Assembly (NCBI RefSeq): GCF_009914755.1
Contig: NC_060947.1
Strand: one strand, 5' to 3'
Source of the DNA: the human T2T-CHM13v2.0 reference genome, Homo sapiens
Length of the DNA: 64,000 bases
Shown here: positions 53,961 to 64,000 of the stretch, piece by piece
Layout of the letters: each line of letters opens with the position of its first letter
Numbering within the stretch: position 1 is the stretch's first letter
Notes under the pieces: model-generated
The model's database searches: none
What the model was told of the DNA's origin: nothing
Seen by the model: the letters and a program-made list of their open reading frames with translations, nothing else
Made by a program: the position numbers and the translations under genes

Positions 53961-56089
53961 TCCAATTTTTCTGTCTTTCCCTTCTCCCCATCCCCTGTTC
54001 TTTATTGAAAACCCGGGTTTCTCAGTTGTTTCAAAAAGTGCCTGAAAGCTTTGCAAAGTTGTGGTTTAGAAAACTCATGGTTGGACTTCAGCAGACTTGA
54101 AGTTGGCATGTCAGACATCCAACCCTTAAAAACACCAAGTTCAACACTTCACTGCTGAGATTTCTTAGAAAAGGCAGCTCCCTATAGTCTTCCATCTTGA
54201 AATATAATGGAGATAAGGCTGCTACTGACACCGATTAAAGATGGTTGTGATTAAACTTGCTGATGTTTGTATGTGGAATTTACATTCGCCTTGGTGGGTG
54301 AGAAGAGTGTGTGGCAATGTTTCTTTTCAGTTGCAGGGGGAGCTTTGAAAATGCTGGGTGGGTTGGAACAGGGATACCTGAGGATATTCAGAAGAGGCAA
54401 TGGGAAAGATTGGAGTGGATGTTCTAGAGGTAGAGTGGATAAGAACTGGAGAGGAATGGATTGGATATAGTGTGCTGTGGATGATGAGGGCCTGTGGTGT
54501 GGTGAGAGGCATTGGGTGGGCATGGATACTGTTCAGGAGGCAGTTAAATAATTGCTTTATTTCTTGCTGTCAACCTTTTGGAGGTGATACTGGGAAAAGA
54601 CTATGAGAATGATCTGGCCCTGGACATAGTTTTTCTTAGAGAATGAGTCATTTATAGAAGATTGCTCTGAGAAATAAATTGGAGGAAAGATAACAATGGG
54701 TGCAGGTAGAACAACTTGGGGAACTATTGGTGACAGTTTTGGTGAGAGATGATGGGGACCTGGGGCTAGTGTATTGATGATGGAAATGGAGAACCTCAAA
54801 GGTGGAAGGCAATTGTGAAGATAGATGCTGAGTGACATGAGGGGAAAAGAAATTTAAGAATGAAATTTTAGAAAGAAGGCCTCTGATACATTTATTTGAT
54901 GCCAAAAAGGGTCAGCTTCAGACAAAAAGCTGGGAAGCATGGCACCAGAATGGAGTGATTTAGGGTAATTACTCTTCCTCAGTTGTGGTCTGTGACTGTC
55001 AGAGGTCACAGGCAATGGGCAATCTTTGAACCCCATTTTCCTCTGAACTCTTTAGGAGCAGATGTGTTTCCAAACGTCAGTCTCTTCTGTAGTGGGCAAC
55101 AACCTTTTCCCCTTTGTGTTTTGTTTTTTCCAAAACTTACCCCAAGACCTCACTTCACATAGTTTTCTAACCTCCTGATGTCATTTCCTTTGGGCTGTGC
55201 CCTGGAGAGGCCCAGAAAGCCTCAGCTGGGGAAAAGAGGGGTCTTTGATTAGAGCAATCTCCAGCACAAACACCTTGTCTTCCATTTGTATCTCGCTGGC
55301 TTTGGGAGCTACATGCTAACTTCCGTGGACAATTCAAGAAAACCTTTTTGTACGTTGTTTTCACAGGTAACCCAGTGACAATGTTCTCTTTACCTGAAGA
55401 AAGATTTGTGCCTATTGTCACTGTTCATAATTCACAGTACAAGCTTTACACCTCTGATTCTCATAGTAAAACTACCATTGCAGTGGAAATCTTTATATGA
55501 CAGGATTCCCAAGCTTAATCAATGGCACACTTATTCCAAGTAGCAGTTGATGTCATTACTCTCGGGACAAAAAAAGCACTTGGACTACATCTAGGACTTC
55601 ATAATAATCAAATTGGATATAAAATGAACCAATGCCAAGCCAGCTTTAATTCTCCGCTGTTTCAGACCATGGTTCTAACTGGGGGTTAGAGGGGATATCC
55701 CTCAAATTCTGTCCTTGAATGGTAACTACTGTATGAAAGTTTACCTTTTCCAATATCATGTTAAACATTGGAGACAGTCACCAAGTAATCTTTAGTATAT
55801 CCTAAAGCCAAGCCTTGGACTGGCTTGTGTTAGTCCAAGGGTAATAACCAGGGAGCAATGAGAAGAAAGGAGGGGCTTGGCAGCAAGCAATATTAGTGGA
55901 AATTTTCTCCTCAGCAGGAGTTGGGAGCAACAAGGGGGCCTCTATAAGGACGTTTGTTTCTTGATCCTGGACATTTCAAAGACTGGGAGCCACGCAAGCC
56001 AGTATTGGAATTCTGATGGCGTGACCAGGGAATCAGTTTTCTTATCAACAAAACAAGGATACAAGATTTTCTCACAGTGTTCTTAGATT

Positions 56090-58895
56090 CCCCCATTCCA
56101 TCACAAACTTATCCTTCCGTCAGTGCCTCATTGCTTCCCATCTCAGAAAATGGTACTACTGTCCAATCAGTTGCTCAATCCCAAAATGATTTACTCCTTT
56201 CTTGTCCCTCCCCCCACATCTAATTCATCAGCAAGTCCTGCAAATCCCACCTCCAAAGCATAGCCCAAGTTTACCTACTTCTTGTGAAAGATCTATATAA
56301 TGAAAACTATAAAACACTGATGAAAGAAATTGAAGAGGACACCAAAAAATGGAAAGATATTTCATGTTCATGTATCCTAAAAATGTCTATACCACTCAGA
56401 GCAATCTACAGATTCAGTGCACTCCCTATAAAAATACTAATGACATTCTTCACAGAAATAGAAAAAACAATCCTAAAATTTATATGGGACCATACACAAA
56501 AGACCCAGAATAGCGAAAACTATCCTAAGCAAAAAGAACAAAGCTGAAGGAATCACATTACCTGACTTCAAATAATACTACAGAGCTATAGTAACCAAAA
56601 CAGCATGGTACTGGCATAAAAACAGACACAGACTAATGGAACAGAGTAGAAAACCCAGAAGCAAATCCACACACCTATGGTGAATTCATTTCTGACAGAG
56701 GTGTCAAGAACATACACTGGGAAAAAGACAGCCTCTTCTATCAATGGTCCTGGGAAAACTGGATATCCATCTGCAGAAGAATGAAATTAGACCCCTATCT
56801 CTTGTGATATACAAAAATCAAATCAAAATGTATTAAATACATACATCTAAGATTATGAAACTACTACAAGAAAACATCGGGGAAACTCCAGGACATTGGC
56901 TAGGCAAAAATTTCTTGAGTAATAGCTCACAAGCACAGGCAACTGAAGCAAAAATGGACAAATGGGCTCACTTCAAGTTAAAAAGCTTCCAAACATCAAA
57001 GGAAACAATCAACAAAGTGAAGAGACAAACTACAGAATGGGAGAAAATATTTGTCAACTAGCCATCTGACAAGGAATTAATAGTGAGAATATATAAGGAG
57101 TTCAAACAACTTTAAAGGAAAACTAATAATCTGATTTTAAAACTGGCAAAAGATTTGAATAGACATTTCTCAAAAGAAGACATACAAATGACAAACAGGC
57201 ATATGAAAAGGTGCTCAATATCATTGATCATCAGAGAAATGCAAATCAAAACTGCAATGAGATATCATCTCACCCCAGTTAAATGACTTCTACCCAAAAG
57301 AAAGGCAATAGCAAATGCTGGCGAGGATGTGGAGAAAAGGTAGCCCTTTTACAGTGTTGGTAGGAATATAAATTAGTACAACCACTATGGAGAACAGTTT
57401 GGAAGTTCCTCAAAACCTGAAAATAGAGCTACCATATGATCCAGCCATCCCACTGCTGGGTATACACCCAAAAGAAAGGAAATCAGCATATCAAAGAGAT
57501 ATCTGCACTCCCATGTCTGTTGCAGCACCGTTCACAATAGCTAAGATTTGGAAGCAACCTAAGTGTCCATCAACAGATGAATGGGGAAAGAAAATGTGAT
57601 ACTTACACACAATGGAGTACTATTCAGCCATATAAAAGAACAGAATCTAGTCATTTGGAACAACTCGGATGAAACTGGAAGATGTTATATTGCATCAAAT
57701 AAGCCAGGCACAGAAAGACAAACTTCACATGTTCTCACTTATTTTGGGGAGCTAAAAATTAATACATTGAACTCATGGAGGTAAAGAGCAGAAGGATGGT
57801 TACCAGAGGTTGGGAAGGGTAGTAGTGTTCGGGGGTGGAGGTGGGGATCATTAATGGGTACAAAAAAAGTGGTTAGAGTGAAAAAACCGTAATATTTGAT
57901 AGCACAACAGGGTGACTATAGTCAATAATAATTTAATTGTACATTTTAAAATAAGTAAAAGAGTATAACTGGATTGTTTTTAACACAGAGGATAAGTGCT
58001 TGAGAAGATGGATACTCCATTCTCCAGAATGTGATTATTATGAATTGCATGTGTGTATCAAAACATCTCATGTACCCCATAGATATATATGCCTACTATG
58101 TATTCACAACAGTAAAAATTTTAAAAATTAAAAAAAAAATTATTGTTGTAGACAAAAGTTTACCTACTTTTCTTCATCTCCTCTAGCCATGCACTATCTA
58201 GTTCCTGGACATATCTCACCAGACCTCCACCCTAACTGTTCTCCATTCACCCACTCTTATCCCCCTCCAATCTATTTCCCAGAGTAACCTTCTAAGAATT
58301 AAAATTGATTTACAATCCTCCAGTGGCTTGCCATTGCATTTAGAGTACAATCCATACTCCACACTCCTTTCCACTGGTTTCAAGGCCCTCACCAATCAGT
58401 TCCTGCCTGTCTCTCTGGTTTCATCTCATGCACACTTCCATCTGGCTCGCTAAGTTCCAGCCACCCTGGTAATATTCGTCCAGTTGCAAGAACACAGGTG
58501 ACTCTTCCCTACATGAAAGCATTTGCCTGGCCGTTCCCTCCACCTAAAACACTCTTGTCCCTACACCAACCCACCTCCCATCTTTGCATGACTGGCTCTT
58601 TCAGGCCTCAACTCAAATATAACCCTCATCCGTATACACTCTATTGAAAGGAGCACCTGTCCCTTGACACAATCTATGGCATCACCCTATGTCAGTTATA
58701 TTCATAGGACTTATCCTTTGTACTTATTTTTATTTGTGTGATTTTCATGTTTATTGCTGGCTTCTCCTCAGACCATATGCTGTGTAAGAACAGGGACCTT
58801 AACTGTCTTATTCCCATGGCTTTTCCAGCATCTAGAATGGTGCCTGACACATAGGAGGTACTGTATACATATTGGTTAGAAATGAATGAATGAAT
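56090..58895 (+). mobile_element. L2 3' portion split by the L1MA insertion
   Basis: cccccacatctaattcatcagcaagtcctg before the L1; resumes at about 58170; ends gtgcctgacacatagg...aatgaatgaatgaat. Confidence 0.75.
56281..58155 (+). mobile_element. 5'-truncated L1MA2/3-like LINE
   Basis: ORF2p fragments ([25 protein letters not shown]; [17 protein letters not shown]...WKQPKCPS), L1MA 3'UTR and poly(A). TSD aagtttacctactt (56267-56280, 58156-58169). Confidence 0.92.
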
Positions 58896-59280
58896 ATAAA
58901 TGAGTAAGATGAATACAATTTCGTGAGGATCAAGTGAAATAATAGAGGATGAAATCATCTGTAAACTGTAGAGTTCCATATTTTGCAGTTGTTTTTCTTT
59001 GTCCCATTATAATCCTTGTACTGCTTATTCTCAAGAACTCCTCTCCACGGAAGATGGAAAATGGTCAATTCTTTGCTACTGCTCTCTGCCTTATGCATTG
59101 GCCACACATGCTGTTAATTTGTTTGGTGAATTTTCAGTAGTTGCTTCTTCTGGGCCTCAGCATATCCAGCATTTATTTTGGCTTAATGATCCATCAGCCC
59201 ATTTTATATTTCTGAACACTGTAAAGCCTGAATTATTAGGGGAAAGAATTAGAATTTACTTTAGGAGAGTTTGTTTATCC

Positions 59281-59317
59281 ATTCACAGTGATTTTCTGTC
59301 CCTTTTCTAGGTAAGCT
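59281..59317 (+). promoter_or_regulatory. Candidate recursive splice site (3'SS immediately followed by a 5'SS)
   Basis: attcAcagtgattttctgtcccttttctAG|GTAAGC. Confidence 0.3.
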
Positions 59318-61383
59318 GGTTTAGAGATGCCTGAGGCCCATAAATTACAAATTTTAAGATGAACTGTGTCAACAGAGCCCTTTTTTCTTCCATGGTAGAT
59401 AAAGTGACCAGTTGATTCTCTCTGTTAGAGAGGGTCTTTCAGAGAGCAGCTTAAAGACAAACCGCTATCATCTTTGTTTGAATAAATATTAAAAATCCTA
59501 GGGCTCTTCTCCCAAGGGTGCTGCTTATGCCTCCCAATTGTGTCCTTCCCCAAAGCATGGAATCAAGTACTTCCAATTGGTTGCTGAGTCACCTGCCGTG
59601 GGCCTCTCCAAATAGTAATTCTTACCTTAGCTTTTTCAGCCAAACCAATTCCTAACCTCATACCTAAAGGTACTGGTTGAGACGATGGCTGCTGCTGTCT
59701 TGAAAGGTAATGAGGGAGGCTGGGCTGCCTGGTAGACTCAACATCACCACAGTGGCAACAGTGACAGTGCCATGTCATCAGTATCACCGAGAATCTCATG
59801 TGCTTTCCAAAGCTTTCCCATAAACTGGATTTCCTCAGGGACAGTTTGAAGAAGCTGCCTCCAGAAAAGGATAGCTGGGCTATTTTCTGCCTGCACAGTG
59901 TATCAATAAGGGAAACTAATTGCATATTTGCTAAAGCCTCTAACCTTTGACTATGAGAAAAATCTAGAAATCCTAATTTCCAGCACTCAGGTGTTTGCTG
60001 CTCAGGGAACAAGATTATTTTTCTTGTTGGCCTTGAATTTCTGTTTACGTCTCTATAGATACATTTGTCTCATTTGTTTGAATTTAGATGTATCTCTCGG
60101 GAATTAGATTTTCTTTTGCCTGATTCCTTTGGTGTTTGTTGTTGTTGTTACCCATGGTAATCCTTACAGAAAGATATGATATCAGTTGCAGGATTGTGTT
60201 CATTTTCAATGAAATAAAAGCAGAGAATACCATAAAACTCAGGCAGCCCATGATGTGAGCTTCCAGCTACAAACTTCTTATAATCTTAATTATGATCTTT
60301 TGCATTTTTCATTGTTTATCACTTTTCAGATGACATTGTCAAATCAACTAAGACTCCTACAAACTTAAACATTTAAAAATCCTATTCTCTATCTGAAGAG
60401 ACTGACAAATGATATCATTTATTCTGAGAGCCAATTGGGTTTGGGCTTCTCAGTCAACATATTTGCAATCATCTCTTGCCTTTTCACTGTTCATTTTAGG
60501 GATTACCATAGTTAGCATTCTGCCAGTCTTCACTAGAGAAATAAATGTCCCTCATGAAAGAGAAAGTGTGCACTAAACTGGAAACTGCTGCCTAGCTATA
60601 AAGATTCTGAGGGTCAGGGAAACAAAAATCTGAATCTTTGCTAAAGCAAGCTGTTCTGATCTATTTGCCGCGAAATCTCTCCTCACTGTTTCCTCTTTAC
60701 CCCAATCTTGTTGTATATCCTTAAGTCCAATGCCTTATTGCTGTGAAGAAGAAATCCTCTTTTATAATGTGCATATATCCTTACGGTCAGGAAACAGCCT
60801 GGCCTGGCTGTAGCTGCAGGGGCTTCTGCAGGTCTGAGGTTAGTGGGAGGAATGTTTCATGCCCAGAGTATCTGGGACTAGGGAAGTCAAGGAAGGGTAG
60901 CTGAGGTCAGTACACCAAAGGGGAATAAACAGGTTACCAAAAGGGGAGAAAGGTTGAGATACTACTGTGGAGATAGAGAAGAATAGAGCTAGAGAGAAGA
61001 GGATTAGAGGCCATGGGTTGAAAGCTAAGTGAATGGGTGGGCCTGGGAACATTCTTTGTGGCAGAGGTACTGGGCTATGACTTGCATATGGCTTTTTATT
61101 TGAATTGCTTGTTATTTGCATGGGAGAACCTGATCAACTATATCCTGGACATGGCAAGAACATGCCTTCCTCTTATGATGAGCAAACTTTTGTGTATAGG
61201 GAAGAATTATTTTGGAAAATAAAGATACTCATCAACATCATTTCCCGATTAAAAATGAAAATTGCTATATAGTCTCATGGCAAAAATGCAAATACTTACA
61301 ACTTAGATTACTTACTTTATTGAAGAGCTTCAGTGAGAAAATTGGCATTACTTTTAGTCACTGAAATTAATATCTGGACATAA

Positions 61384-63477
<2,094 letters not shown>

Positions 63478-64000
63478 TAACTACTCATATTAAAAAAAAG
63501 ACTTTTTAAAAGTCGTTTTAAAGTATAAATACACACACACACACAAACAAAAGAGAACCTAATTTCCGTGGGGTTAGGTCTAAAATTTTAACCTAATTTC
63601 AATGGGGTTAGGCTTAAACATTCAAGTGTTTCATTGGCTATAGGATAATGTATAAAAGAAATGGCCACAGGTTAATATACAGCAGCATAAGTACAATAAA
63701 AGGAATGGAGAGCACCGCCCACACAGATTCTGATGGGGACGGCATCCCTGAAAATTGGGCAGTATAGTAGCCCTGAGTGAGCCTTAGCCGGTGCCCTGGG
63801 TGAATGACCAAGGTAGATAAGGATAGTGCTTCTGCATTCTTCAACTCTTCATTTATTCTTAATTTCTAAGAGAAGTGTACATCAGGAGACACAATGAAGA
63901 GAAATATGTGAAAAGGAGTGATTGACCTATTAAAATTAGAAGTTTCAAACTGCTAAAAGTAAAAAGGAGTGCAATTAATAGATGCACAGGGCCAAAATCA

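Noticed and set aside
59563-60012. 149-aa minus-strand ORF
   Set aside because: Non-ATG start, no homology recognised.

Overview
Primate genomic DNA, most likely human: it carries AluY/S/J, L1PA, THE1 and MER/MLT elements. The window is intronic or intergenic and dominated by transposable elements. I found no intact protein-coding gene, RNA gene or CRISPR array. The one gene-derived feature is a full-length processed pseudogene of HAX1 on the minus strand (20209-21357). It has a 16-bp target-site duplication (TSD), a premature stop and frameshifts, including a locally expanded C-rich/G-quadruplex tract. The main repeats are the 5' part of an L1PA7/8-like LINE (1-4029, minus), a 5'-truncated L1PA5-like and an L1MA2-like LINE (plus), six Alus, MaLR/ERVL LTRs, Tigger/hAT fossils, a shattered CR1/L3 and a 1.1-kb palindromic AT-rich minisatellite. 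Three signals hint at an unannotated or host transcript on the + strand: L1 antisense ORF0 with splice donors, a well-formed 224-nt exon candidate at 44092-44315, and a recursive-splicing-type AG|GTAAG site at 59310/59311. These are motif-level hypotheses only, and the sequence does not demonstrate a new biological system. Repeat subfamily calls come from recalled consensus sequences and were made by eye, and boundaries of old repeats are approximate.
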